In this document: in pieces, positions 1-8,165 of the stretch | How positions within the stretch are numbered: the first letter of the stretch is position 1 | How the letters are laid out: each line of letters starts with the position of its first letter | DNA from: a virus | Lineage: Duplodnaviria; Caudoviricetes | Length of the DNA stretch: 39,075 nucleotides | IMG/VR virus record: IMGVR_UViG_3300016667_000286 | Coordinates: 1 to 39,075 of that record | Direction: 5' to 3' (one strand) | Made by a program: the position numbers and the translations under genes | The notes under the pieces: generated by a model | Seen by the model: only the letters and a program-made list of their open reading frames with translations | Database searches by the model: none | Told to the model about the DNA's origin: nothing

Positions 1-108
1 GGGTCCATGTTTGTTTTTCAGGAATTGAGCCGGGACGCCCATGAGCGGCAACAAATACGACCACCGACCCCGACAGAGTTCTTTAGCCGGTCTTTCGTGC
101 AGCCCCAT
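1..108 (-). CDS. N-terminus of P4-alpha-type primase (zinc-ribbon domain), truncated by the window edge
   Basis: Manual translation from ATG at 108: MGLHERPAKELCRGRWSYLLPLMGVPAQFLKNKHGP. This matches the 'RGRW..IL..LG...LKNRHGPCP' start of Prim_Zn_Ribbon primases. It overlaps the end of the helicase gene. Confidence 0.75.
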   Translation of the reverse strand, partial: MGLHERPAKELCRGRWSYLLPLMGVPAQFLKNKHGP

Positions 109-1570
109 TGCCCGCCTCCCGCGCCTTCGCCTTGGCGATATTGTAGTGCCTGATCCAGCCCTGCGTCTCCGCCGAAATCATCTGCGCGGGCGTCGCTGGC
201 AGCGTGTGATGCGGCCCGACGCCGAGCCGGTTCTTGTACGCATGGTAAGCCCAGCCAGCCTTGTAGCCGCGCAACTTCGCATGCAGCAGCAGTTCCGCAT
301 AAAACGCGGCTTTCTGGTCCATCGACCAGTCTTTCGGCTTGATGCGCCGGTCGCGGGTGATCTCGTGAAGATCTCCCTTCTCGACCTCGACGCCGCTCAC
401 CGCCTGCGCGACGAAGCCGCAAGCTGGGCATTCTTTGACTTTTGGCGGGCGCAGAAATGTACAGCGCGGGCACTCTTTCGGCAGCGGCTCTTTCTTTTCG
501 CGTTCGTTTTTTGCTTTGCGCTTGCCATCGTCGAGCGCATCGTGATGGATGTCGCTGACAAAGCCGAGCCGGATCGTGGTGTCGCTGTGATCAAGGATCA
601 GGCAGTCGGCCTTGCCCTCAGCCGGGCGCAGGCCGCGACCGACCATTTGCACGAAAAGCATTTCGGATTTCGTTGGCCGGGCGAGAATGATGCAACGGAC
701 ATCGCTGTCAAAGCCAGTTGTCAACACGCCGACATTGCACAGCACTTTTATCTCACCCGCTTCAAAGCGGCGCACAATCCTCGTGCGCTCCAGTCGATCC
801 GTGAAAGCGTCCATGTAGCCCGCCGCGACGCCGTTTTTTTCAAATTGGTCTGCGACGTTTTTCGCATGCGCGCGATTGACGCAAAAGCAGATCGTTGGCC
901 TGTTCTCGCCGCGCGCCAGCCACGTCGAGACGATGTCCGCAACCAGCGCGCCTTTGTCCATTGCCTCGCCCAAGGCCTTGATCTCGTAATCCCCGGCGAC
1001 CGTCCTAACGCCGGACAGATCGGGATGCGCGGGCGCGAAGACGCGAAAAGGAGACAGGTGGCCGAGATCAATCAACTCTTGCATTGTCACGGGGATCATC
1101 AACCCGCCCCACAGCGTCCCCATGCCTTTTGCCCACGGCGTCGCGGACAACCCGACAAACGGGATCTTCGACCACGCCGGGTCCATCATCCAATCGCGCA
1201 AAAACTTAAACTGAACATGCGCTTCGTCCACGATGACGAGATCCGCTTCCGGCACGGTGCGGCGTGACAGCGTCTGGATCGAACAGACCTGCACCGGCGC
1301 GCCCCACCGCGTCAATTCGTGCGTGGCCTGCATGACGCCGATGTCGTCAATGCCGACGCCCTCAAACCGCTCGACGGTCTGGTCGATGAGGGACAGCGCA
1401 GGGACAACGAAGAGAACACGCTTGCCCTTTTCCCGAGCCATTCGAATGATCGCGGCGGCGATAATCGTCTTGCCCGCGCCGGTCGGCAATTGCATGACGA
1501 CCCGCGAGATCCCGGCGCGCATCATGTCGCGCAGGCTGTCGATGGCGTTGCTCTGATACGGCCTAAGCAT
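83..1570 (-). CDS. Superfamily 2 (ResIII/DEAH-type) DNA helicase with C-terminal zinc finger
   Basis: Motifs LRPYQ (Q), LPTGAGKT (Walker A), DEAH, SAT, LTTGFD and QMVGRGLR, plus CPRC...CPAC. The start at 1570 is coupled to the upstream stop (TGATG). Confidence 0.93.
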   Translation of the reverse strand: MLRPYQSNAIDSLRDMMRAGISRVVMQLPTGAGKTIIAAAIIRMAREKGKRVLFVVPALSLIDQTVERFEGVGIDDIGVMQATHELTRWGAPVQVCSIQTLSRRTVPEADLVIVDEAHVQFKFLRDWMMDPAWSKIPFVGLSATPWAKGMGTLWGGLMIPVTMQELIDLGHLSPFRVFAPAHPDLSGVRTVAGDYEIKALGEAMDKGALVADIVSTWLARGENRPTICFCVNRAHAKNVADQFEKNGVAAGYMDAFTDRLERTRIVRRFEAGEIKVLCNVGVLTTGFDSDVRCIILARPTKSEMLFVQMVGRGLRPAEGKADCLILDHSDTTIRLGFVSDIHHDALDDGKRKAKNEREKKEPLPKECPRCTFLRPPKVKECPACGFVAQAVSGVEVEKGDLHEITRDRRIKPKDWSMDQKAAFYAELLLHAKLRGYKAGWAYHAYKNRLGVGPHHTLPATPAQMISAETQGWIRHYNIAKAKAREAGNGAARKTG

Positions 1571-1755
1571 CAGCGTTTGCCCTTCTCGCGCTCGACGATC
1601 AGGCGTAGCGCAATCATCGCCGTCTGCGGCACCGGGCGCTCGCCGGAGAGCCATTTATAGATCGTGCGCTCGTGGACGCCGAGCGCCTGCGCGACCTCGG
1701 CGTTCGTGCGACCAAGGCGGTCAAGCAGCCGGGACAATTCGTCGTGTCGTGCCAT
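1570..1755 (-). CDS. Small XRE/Cro-like helix-turn-helix regulator (61 aa)
   Basis: TNAEVAQALGVHERTIYKWLSGERPVP is a typical HTH_XRE motif. RBS AGGGGG lies upstream. Confidence 0.85.
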   Translation of the reverse strand: MARHDELSRLLDRLGRTNAEVAQALGVHERTIYKWLSGERPVPQTAMIALRLIVEREKGKR

Positions 1756-1774
1756 GTAATCCCCCTGTGAGATA

Positions 1775-1794
1775 GGCCGCTCCGAAGAGCGGCC
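1775..1794 (-). terminator. Stable cUUCGg hairpin, possible terminator or processing site
   Basis: Minus strand GGCCGCTC-TTCG-GAGCGGCC is a perfect 8-bp stem, but the U-tract is weak. Confidence 0.5.
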
Positions 1795-1801
1795 CATTGC
1801 A

Positions 1802-2044
1802 TCATCGACCGAGCGCGACATCGTCATGCGCGGCGATCTCGGCAGCAACCTCGGCGGCGGCCACGTCAGGCGACAGGACGTGGTCGATGGTGCAGAAATC
1901 GACATGCATCTCAACGCCCGGAAATCGCTTGGCGAGCGCGGCGCGCAGAGCCTGTCCGTCCTCGCGGTTGGCAAGCCAGAAATACCGCTCGGTCTGGAAC
2001 AGCTTCGTCTCGAAGGTGACGCGGAACTGGTACATCTTGGTCAT
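1802..2044 (-). CDS. Hypothetical early protein
   Basis: ORF MTKMYQFRVTFETK... with GGAG RBS at 2051-2054, directly downstream of a predicted promoter. Confidence 0.65.
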   Translation of the reverse strand: MTKMYQFRVTFETKLFQTERYFWLANREDGQALRAALAKRFPGVEMHVDFCTIDHVLSPDVAAAEVAAEIAAHDDVALGR

Positions 2045-2070
2045 ATCAATCTCCATCAGTTGGCAGTCTC

Positions 2071-2098
2071 AGTATGCATGCCCCGTGGGCAGTGTCAA
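2071..2098 (-). promoter_or_regulatory. Sigma70-like promoter with palindromic operator in the spacer
   Basis: Minus strand TTGACA-N16-CATACT. The spacer contains TGCCC-N3-GGGCA (2079-2091). Confidence 0.7.
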
Positions 2099-2307
2099 CG
2101 GGGTTTATTACCATGCCGCGCGAGGTGTACAATAAAAGACTGCGGCGGATACCCGTAGCGACACTGACACTCGTCGGCGAGGATCTGCGCGAGGATGTCC
2201 ACGATGTGGGCGTCATGCATGCCGATGTCGCGGGCCTCGGCAATGACCGACCCCAGACGGGGGTCGGCCTTGATCAAGCGGGCGAGGAGGTCGGCATCTG
2301 TCATCAT
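2095..2307 (-). CDS. Hypothetical protein
   Basis: 70-aa ORF coupled by an ATGA overlap to the upstream gene. Its 3' end overlaps the -35 box of the next promoter. Confidence 0.5.
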   Translation of the reverse strand: MMTDADLLARLIKADPRLGSVIAEARDIGMHDAHIVDILAQILADECQCRYGYPPQSFIVHLARHGNKPR

Positions 2308-2594
2308 GCGGGCACCACGTCGAGAGCGGCAGCGGCCTTGACGCGGATCGTCTCGACCAGCGTCACCTTGGTGCAGGCGGCGATCTGCTCAGGCGTCAGC
2401 AACTTCTTCACGGCGGCGGTGTCGAGCGAGTTCCGTTCCGACAGCGACAGCGTGACGATGGCGGTCGCGCCGACGATCTCTTCCCGGCCAGCGGCCTTGA
2501 TCTCGGCCTTGGCGGCGGCGAGCAGGCGCTCAAGACCGTCAATCTCGGCCTTGATCAGAGCGTAGCGGTCGGCGAGGGCGGCGAGGTCGGTCAT
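2304..2594 (-). CDS. Hypothetical phage protein (coiled-coil N-terminus)
   Basis: 96-aa ORF with GGAG RBS and codon usage typical of the genome. Confidence 0.75.
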   Translation of the reverse strand: MTDLAALADRYALIKAEIDGLERLLAAAKAEIKAAGREEIVGATAIVTLSLSERNSLDTAAVKKLLTPEQIAACTKVTLVETIRVKAAAALDVVPA

Positions 2595-2644
2595 GTCAAT
2601 CTCCAGATCAATCAGCGGCGGTCACCAGCGACCGTGCAACCGTT

Positions 2645-2700
2645 TTCGCATGCCCAGCGGGCATCGTCAAGCGGGTCGGCATCATATTTTGTAATTTTTT
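2645..2700 (-). promoter_or_regulatory. Promoter with operator palindrome and AT-rich upstream element
   Basis: Minus strand AAAAAATTACAAAAT...TTGACG followed by ATGCCC-GCT-GGGCAT (2650-2664). The spacing from the -35 box is the same as at 2079-2098. Confidence 0.6.
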
Positions 2701-3075
2701 TCAGGCGGCGATTTCAGCCCGGTGCGGCTCGATCAGGATCTCGCACTCAGGCCCGTCTTCGACCCACGCGAGGACAATCTGCTGGCACAGATGATCGTCC
2801 TCAACGATCCCGGCGGCGACGATGATGTCGGAGATCGCCTTTTCGAGGTTCCCAAGATCCCGGCGGCGGCGATCCGGCTTCACAGCGCGGACGGTGAGGC
2901 GATAGGCGCCCTCCACGCTCTGGCCGGGGTACGACATCCGCATCTGCTCCCGCAGCCGCCAGAGAGATACGCTGCGCCAGCCCGCATATTCGCCGGAGCG
3001 GTAGACGCGCCCGCCTTTGGAGGCCCGCCACAGGCGGTTAATGGACGGCGGAAATGGGAGGATCAGGCGGATCAT
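2701..3075 (-). CDS. rusA: RusA family Holliday junction resolvase
   Basis: LPFPPSINRLWR N-terminus and PDRRRRDLGNLEKAISD...IVEDD catalytic motifs. Confidence 0.92.
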   Translation of the reverse strand: MIRLILPFPPSINRLWRASKGGRVYRSGEYAGWRSVSLWRLREQMRMSYPGQSVEGAYRLTVRAVKPDRRRRDLGNLEKAISDIIVAAGIVEDDHLCQQIVLAWVEDGPECEILIEPHRAEIAA

Positions 3076-3278
3076 CGGGCGGCGTCGAACTCGGCGTCCC
3101 GCTCGGCGCGCAGCCGGGCGGCGCGGCGATCCTCGCGCCAGCGGTGCAGCAGGCGGCAGACATCGTGCTGGCGGGTCCATAGACGGCGGGCGATATCGAC
3201 CGTATCGAGCCCCTGCTGCCACAGCGCGCCGACCGTTTCGGGGGAGACGACCGGCGATACAAACCGCGTATTTGGCAT
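3072..3278 (-). CDS. Small HTH-like DNA-binding protein
   Basis: LWQQGLDTVDIARRLWTRQHDVCRLL resembles a GcrA-N/sigma-r4-like HTH. ATGA overlap with rusA. Confidence 0.65.
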   Translation of the reverse strand: MPNTRFVSPVVSPETVGALWQQGLDTVDIARRLWTRQHDVCRLLHRWREDRRAARLRAERDAEFDAAR

Positions 3279-3307
3279 GATTGCTGACCTATTGGTGATT
3301 TGCGCGC

Positions 3308-3384
3308 ATGGTGCATGCATTTTCCGCACCCGTCAAAAAATTACAAAATGCCGGTTGACGGCCAATGACAAATCAGCCTATGGT
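3308..3384. promoter_or_regulatory. Divergent early promoters
   Basis: Minus strand TTGACG(3336-3331)-N17-CACCAT. Plus strand TTGACG(3355-3360)-N18-TATGGT. An A-tract lies between them, and this is the point where gene orientation switches. Confidence 0.65.
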
Positions 3385-3422
3385 CTGGGCATCGAAATTG
3401 ATATAGCCGTTGGAGATACCCC

Positions 3423-3692
3423 ATGATGATCCCGTTCTTCATGATCGATCACACCTCCCCATACAGCAGCGCCACCCGCTTCAGTTTGATTGCACGCAGC
3501 ATCTGCGCTGAGATCCTCGAAAAGTGGCATGATCATGTCACGGAAGACGACCTCGACCGGGTCCATGTCGTTCAGATGGAGGACCAGCGCGATCTCGACA
3601 TAATTGAAGTCGTGACATTCGATGATGCGGTAATTGGCTCGCTCGACCGCGCCATCACCGGCAACGACCTTCCCTTCCTGTCCCGCCTCTGA
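3423..3692 (+). CDS. Hypothetical protein
   Basis: 89-aa acidic ORF with GGAG RBS, first gene of the rightward operon. Confidence 0.65.
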   Translation: MMIPFFMIDHTSPYSSATRFSLIARSICAEILEKWHDHVTEDDLDRVHVVQMEDQRDLDIIEVVTFDDAVIGSLDRAITGNDLPFLSRL

Positions 3693-3713
3693 CCTTACGC
3701 AAGGAGAATTAAT

Positions 3714-4373
3714 ATGAGGATGTCCGACACTATCGACCAGATCGCCGAAGCACTTTCCGCAGCGCAGGGCCAGATCGAAGCGGCCAGCAAGGCCGTAAGC
3801 AATACGTTTTTTAAGTCAAAATATGCCGACCTCAATGCGCTCCGCGACGTGATCCGCGAGCCGCTTGCGGCGAACGGCTTGTCCGTCGTGCAGGGCGCGC
3901 GATACATGCCAGACACCGGCTCGGTCTGCGTCGAAACGATGCTGATGCACCGCTCCGGTCAGTATATCGCTGAGACGCTCGACCTTCCGGTGACGGTCAA
4001 ATACGACCGCGACGGCGCGGCCTTGCCCATTGACGTGCAGGGCATTGGCTCGGCCATTTCATACGGTCGCCGCTACTCGCTGTCGGCGCTGCTGTCTCTG
4101 GCGGCGGAGGACGATGACGGCAACGCGGCGGCGAACACGGGCGGTCAGAACGCTCCCAAAACCGCACAGAAAAAAATTGCAGTTTCGGCCAAGTTGCTCG
4201 AAGAGGGGCTGTCCGTGGCCTCCGCAGGCGGTTCCAGCGCAGTCGCGTCATGGTGGACCAACCTGACCACCGACGAGCGCGAGGCGCTTTCCACGGAGCA
4301 GCGCAAGGCGATCAAAACTGCGGGCGCGCTGTATGACAGCGGCGACACGGCCAGCGCCTCCACCTCGGAATAA
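3714..4373 (+). CDS. erf: ERF superfamily single-strand annealing protein
   Basis: FKSKYADL, ETMLMHRSGQY and the signature QGIGSAISYGRRYSLSALL...EDDDGN. Confidence 0.93.
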   Translation: MRMSDTIDQIAEALSAAQGQIEAASKAVSNTFFKSKYADLNALRDVIREPLAANGLSVVQGARYMPDTGSVCVETMLMHRSGQYIAETLDLPVTVKYDRDGAALPIDVQGIGSAISYGRRYSLSALLSLAAEDDDGNAAANTGGQNAPKTAQKKIAVSAKLLEEGLSVASAGGSSAVASWWTNLTTDEREALSTEQRKAIKTAGALYDSGDTASASTSE

Positions 4374-4401
4374 CAGGGGATGGGGGCGGAAAGGGACCGC
4401 T

Positions 4402-4629
4402 ATGGCAATCAAGATCCGCAGGAATGTTCCGATCAAGCCGCCCCGCCCCAGCACGGGTCGGCCCCCGAAATATCCTTGGGCTGACATGCGTGTCGGTGAC
4501 AGTTTTTACGTCCCCGGCATGACGCCGAGCCAGATGTCGAGCGCGTGGCGGCGCGCTCGTGCAAAACTCGGTCACAAATACTCGGCCCGCACCGAGCGGG
4601 ACGGGGTCAGGGTCTGGAGGATCAAATAG
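4402..4629 (+). CDS. Small basic putative DNA-binding phage protein
   Basis: NVPIKPP..GRPPKYPWADMRVGDSFYVP...GVRVWRIK, a common small phage protein pattern. Confidence 0.8.
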   Translation: MAIKIRRNVPIKPPRPSTGRPPKYPWADMRVGDSFYVPGMTPSQMSSAWRRARAKLGHKYSARTERDGVRVWRIK

Positions 4630-5240
4630 TGGAACAGGGCACCAAAGAATGGCTGCAAGCGCGGGCCGGTCGCGTCACCGCATCGCGGGTGGCCGACATC
4701 GTCGCAAAGACGAAATCCGGCCCCGCCGCCAGCCGGGCGAATTACATGGCCCAATTGATCTGCGAGCGCCTGACCGGTTCGCCGGTCGAGGGGTTCAAGT
4801 CGGCGGCGATGCAATGGGGCACCGAAATAGAGCCGCTCGCTCGCGCAGCTTATGAGGACCGGCATGGCGTCCTCGTGGTCGAGACGGGCTTCATCCCGCA
4901 CCCGACGCTGTCGATGGCTGGAGCAAGCCCGGACGGGCTCGTCGGGGAGGATGGTCTGGTCGAAATCAAATGCCCGGAGACGGCGACGCATCTCGACACA
5001 CTGCTGTCTGGATCGGTGCCGGGCCGCTACCAGATCCAGATGCTCTGGCAGATGGCATGTACCGGACGCGCGTGGTGTGATTTCGTCTCGTTTGATCCGC
5101 GTTTACCCGCGAACATGCAACTGTTCGTGGCGCGGGTCGAGCGCGACGAGAAGAAGCTGGTCGAGATCTCAGGTGAGGTCGAGGCCTTCTTGGGGGAACT
5201 GGATCAGAAGATCCAGAAACTGACGGAGAAGTACGCATGA
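4629..5240 (+). CDS. YqaJ / lambda-exonuclease family recombination nuclease
   Basis: EQGTKEWLQARAGRVTAS, AMQWGTEIE, GASPDGLV, EIKCP and YQIQMLWQM. GTG start overlaps the previous stop. Confidence 0.93.
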   Translation: MEQGTKEWLQARAGRVTASRVADIVAKTKSGPAASRANYMAQLICERLTGSPVEGFKSAAMQWGTEIEPLARAAYEDRHGVLVVETGFIPHPTLSMAGASPDGLVGEDGLVEIKCPETATHLDTLLSGSVPGRYQIQMLWQMACTGRAWCDFVSFDPRLPANMQLFVARVERDEKKLVEISGEVEAFLGELDQKIQKLTEKYA

Positions 5241-5482
5241 ACAACTATCAGCCGAAAGACCTGAGCGGGTCGCTGTTTCGCAACGACAGGAAGGAGAAGG
5301 AAAATCACCCCGATTATACCGGCAGCGTCCTGATTGACGGCGTTGAATATTGGCAGTCGGCGTGGGTGAAGGAGACGAAGAACGGCAAAAAGTTCTTCTC
5401 TCAGTCCTTCAAGCGCAAGGATGACAATGGCTCGGCCCGCAAGCCTGCGCCCGCCGCTATTGACGACGACATTCCTTTTTAG
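5237..5482 (+). CDS. Small single-stranded DNA-binding-like protein
   Basis: 81 aa with GSLFRNDRKEKENHPDYTG and an acidic DDDIPF C-terminal tail like SSB. It sits next to the recombinase and exonuclease genes. Confidence 0.75.
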   Translation: MNNYQPKDLSGSLFRNDRKEKENHPDYTGSVLIDGVEYWQSAWVKETKNGKKFFSQSFKRKDDNGSARKPAPAAIDDDIPF

Positions 5483-5504
5483 GCCAAGCCAAGGGGGGCT
5501 GATC

Positions 5505-5987
5505 ATGCTGGACATCACGACGCCGAAGGGGGAACTTACCCTGCTTCAAGAACGCCGCGCCGCCGAGATCTATCGTTGGCACAACCCCGGCTGCGAATAC
5601 AATCGGACGCCAGACTATCAGCCCGCCCCGGTTGACGCGGTTCTGACGCGCGACGGAAAATGTGAGGGCGTGGTCGAAACAAAATGTCGCAATTTCACGC
5701 TCGACCATTTTCGCAACGGTCTTCAGGGAAAGTGGCTGATCACCTTCGACAAGGTGGTCGCTGCCAAGGAAATCGCAAAAGATCTTCATGTCCCGCTCTA
5801 CGGGTTCCTGTATCTTGTCGATGACGATTGCCTGATTTCGCGCAAGCTGTGGACACCGGAAGACAATTGGCTGGTTGAATTGCAAGTCATGAAGACAAAG
5901 ACGCAGGCGACCGTGAATGGAGGAATTGCACGGCGCGACAATGCGTTCATCGACATGAAGGGCGCAACCGTTTGGAGGATGCTGTGA
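5505..5987 (+). CDS. Putative PD-(D/E)XK nuclease
   Basis: PVDAVL...VVETKCR pattern. Confidence 0.6.
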   Translation: MLDITTPKGELTLLQERRAAEIYRWHNPGCEYNRTPDYQPAPVDAVLTRDGKCEGVVETKCRNFTLDHFRNGLQGKWLITFDKVVAAKEIAKDLHVPLYGFLYLVDDDCLISRKLWTPEDNWLVELQVMKTKTQATVNGGIARRDNAFIDMKGATVWRML

Positions 5988-6298
5988 GCAATCTGCCGCT
6001 GTCGGAGCAATTTCGTCTGATCGCCAAGAAATGGGTTGAAGCCGACGCGGCAGCATCTCTGCTGGAGGAAAGCAAATCCGCTTACCTCTCGCAGGCGATG
6101 GCGGCGCTTGGCGACATGCCGGTCAGTAAAGCGGAGATGTCGGTCAAGGCCTCCGATCACTGGCTGGATTACGTCGAGAAGATGGTGGCGGCGCGCAAGG
6201 AAGCGGCGCTACTGAAGGTGCAATTGGAATATATCAGGATGCAATTCAACGAGTGGCAATCGCACGAAGCCACAAGACGAGCGGAGATGAAGTTATGA
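5984..6298 (+). CDS. Hypothetical coiled-coil phage protein
   Basis: GTG start with GGAGG RBS, overlapping the previous stop. Helical sequence. Confidence 0.75.
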   Translation: MSNLPLSEQFRLIAKKWVEADAAASLLEESKSAYLSQAMAALGDMPVSKAEMSVKASDHWLDYVEKMVAARKEAALLKVQLEYIRMQFNEWQSHEATRRAEMKL

Positions 6299-6516
6299 CA
6301 ATGGAAGAAGAGCATCATAAATTAGGCGACGCCGTTCTTCAGATTTGTGATGGCATCGACAATACCAAGGTTCTTGCCGCGCTTGGCATGGTCATGAGCC
6401 AAGCCCTGTCGAACATCCCACAAGAAATCGGCATTCCGGCCATGATGGATCTGGCAATGATCATCATTCGGAACGCCTATCCAAACGCCGAAATTGAAAT
6501 CCACAACGTCCAATGA
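6295..6516 (+). CDS. Hypothetical protein
   Basis: ATGA-coupled on both sides within the operon. Confidence 0.6.
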   Translation: MTMEEEHHKLGDAVLQICDGIDNTKVLAALGMVMSQALSNIPQEIGIPAMMDLAMIIIRNAYPNAEIEIHNVQ

Positions 6517-6860
6517 AGCGCGTCCGCATCACAGCAAAAATGCGGGCCGACATTTTCATGCGGCATGGCGGCGTCTGTCATCTGTGCAGCATGAAAGTGG
6601 TTCCGGGACAGGATTGGGACGTGAGCCATGAAATCCCTCTGGAAGCCGGAGGCGCAGACGATGCCTCCAATTGGCTGGTTGCTCATCGCGCCTGCCATCG
6701 TACTCACACTGCTAAGGTGGATGCCCCTCTGATCGCCAAGGTAAAGCGCATCCACCAGCGCCACATCGGAGCAAAGGTTTCGCGCAATCCGCTTCCGGGC
6801 GGCAAGCGCAGCCGGTGGAAGAGGAGGCTGGACGGCACGGTGGTGCTTCGAGACACTTGA
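6513..6860 (+). CDS. Small HNH endonuclease
   Basis: CHLC...WDVSHEIPLEAGGADDASNWLVAHRACH..HT is an HNH zinc-binding pattern. Confidence 0.85.
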   Translation: MKRVRITAKMRADIFMRHGGVCHLCSMKVVPGQDWDVSHEIPLEAGGADDASNWLVAHRACHRTHTAKVDAPLIAKVKRIHQRHIGAKVSRNPLPGGKRSRWKRRLDGTVVLRDT

Positions 6861-6915
6861 CAGAAACGTCGATCCCGCTGGTATGTCTGATACAAAATGA
6901 CATATCGGGGGACTG

Positions 6916-7260
6916 ATGAAATACCTGATCACAATGAATATGCCGTCAGCGAATGGAAACACGGTTCATCAGATTACGGTCGATCACCCGGCGCGAAGCT
7001 GCTCTGAAATGTGTGATTTGCTGAACGGTCAGGAGTTCGTGACATGCCGCCTGTTCTATCGCCAGCCCGGCCCCAATGGGGAAACGCTGTGGATGGATCG
7101 CGGCGACATCGTCCTGAACAGCGCCCATATCGGGAAGCTGCAATTGTATGTCGAAATGGAGAGATCTCATGGAGATGACGCATATCAATATTCTCAGCAA
7201 CGCGCAGGCCACGCTGAAGGACCGCGAGGACCAGTACGGCCCCGCCGGGGCGTGTTTTGA
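6916..7260 (+). CDS. Hypothetical protein
   Basis: 114-aa ORF with GGGGG RBS. Its 3' end overlaps the next gene out of frame. Confidence 0.65.
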   Translation: MKYLITMNMPSANGNTVHQITVDHPARSCSEMCDLLNGQEFVTCRLFYRQPGPNGETLWMDRGDIVLNSAHIGKLQLYVEMERSHGDDAYQYSQQRAGHAEGPRGPVRPRRGVF

Positions 7261-7603
7261 CCGGATCTCGAAACTCGCCAGCATCAGCCTGAACAAGCCG
7301 ATCTCGCGCTATGACGTGGCGATGATCCTGCATTGCGTGAAGCTGGGCAGGCTGCAAGACGCCCGCGCCAACCTCGACAATTATCTTGACGGGATCAACT
7401 ATCTGGCCTTTGCGGGCGAGTTCATTCGGTCTGAGGAAAGCGTGATCATCGCCGCCGAGAACGATGTCGCCGCCGCCTTCCGGGGAAACGTCGTCTCTGA
7501 AGCGGTGAAGACAAGCGAGATCGGCAAGGATGAACAGTCCAAGGTCGAGTTTACGCTGCCCAAGGTCGCCGTCCTGTCCGACGACAAGGTCAACATCATC
7601 TGA
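7169..7603 (+). CDS. DUF6378-like protein (dATP/dGTP diphosphohydrolase-related)
   Basis: IL..A...LKDREDQYG...FDRI...DVAMILHCVKLGR...DNYLDGINYLAFAGE pattern. Confidence 0.8.
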   Translation: MEMTHINILSNAQATLKDREDQYGPAGACFDRISKLASISLNKPISRYDVAMILHCVKLGRLQDARANLDNYLDGINYLAFAGEFIRSEESVIIAAENDVAAAFRGNVVSEAVKTSEIGKDEQSKVEFTLPKVAVLSDDKVNII

Positions 7604-7609
7604 GGATCG

Positions 7610-7631
7610 CGGGGGCTTCGGCCCCCGTTTT
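7610..7631 (+). terminator. Rho-independent terminator (cUUCGg loop)
   Basis: CGGGGGC-TTCG-GCCCCCG followed by TTTT, right after the stop codon. Confidence 0.75.
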
Positions 7632-7646
7632 CTGCTGGGGGGCAGA

Positions 7647-8165
7647 ATGACGCTTTCGGAACAGGTTGCCGCGCTATGGGCGCAGGACAAGACAAGCACG
7701 GAGATCGCGACGGCGCTTGGCATCAGCCGCAACTCGGTCATGGGCTTCGTACACCGGCTTCGGCGGGCCGGGCTGATCCAGATCCGCGAGAAGGACAAGG
7801 ATGCCGTCAGGAAGGCTCCTGATGGCCGCAAACGCGCTCCGAGGAAGGCCGCGAAGAAGGCCAAGCCCAAGGTCGAGCGCAAGCCCGGCCCGGCGCGCGG
7901 GCAGAGGGCGGCTAAGACGCGCCTGCCGCCCAAGCCGGTTGAGATGCTGCCGTGGACGCCCGCGAGCGGCACGAAGACCGTGCTGACGCTGCGCCTGATG
8001 GATTGCCGCTACATCGTCTCCGGGGCGGGCCTCGACGCCGTCTATTGCGGCCAGCCAAAGGAGCGGGGCTCATACTGCGCCGAGCATGGCGCACGGTGCT
8101 ACATCGCGCCAAAGCCGGGCCGCAGGCGTGAGCGCCCTCTCCGGCGTCAGGCCTCAAGAGCCTGA
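7647..8165 (+). CDS. gcrA: GcrA-family cell-cycle transcriptional regulator (sigma70 cofactor)
   Basis: N-terminal LWAQDKTSTEIATALGISRNSVMGFVHRL HTH, a basic linker, and the C-terminal TLRLMDCRYIV...YCG.P...GSYCAEH domain. Confidence 0.88.
   Translation: MTLSEQVAALWAQDKTSTEIATALGISRNSVMGFVHRLRRAGLIQIREKDKDAVRKAPDGRKRAPRKAAKKAKPKVERKPGPARGQRAAKTRLPPKPVEMLPWTPASGTKTVLTLRLMDCRYIVSGAGLDAVYCGQPKERGSYCAEHGARCYIAPKPGRRRERPLRRQASRA

Noticed and set aside
6857-6890. TTGACA promoter with an operator-like CCCGCTGG upstream of 6916
   Set aside because: The spacing to a plausible -10 box is poor (about 19 nt) and the operator match is only 8 of 13, so it is not supported enough to call.
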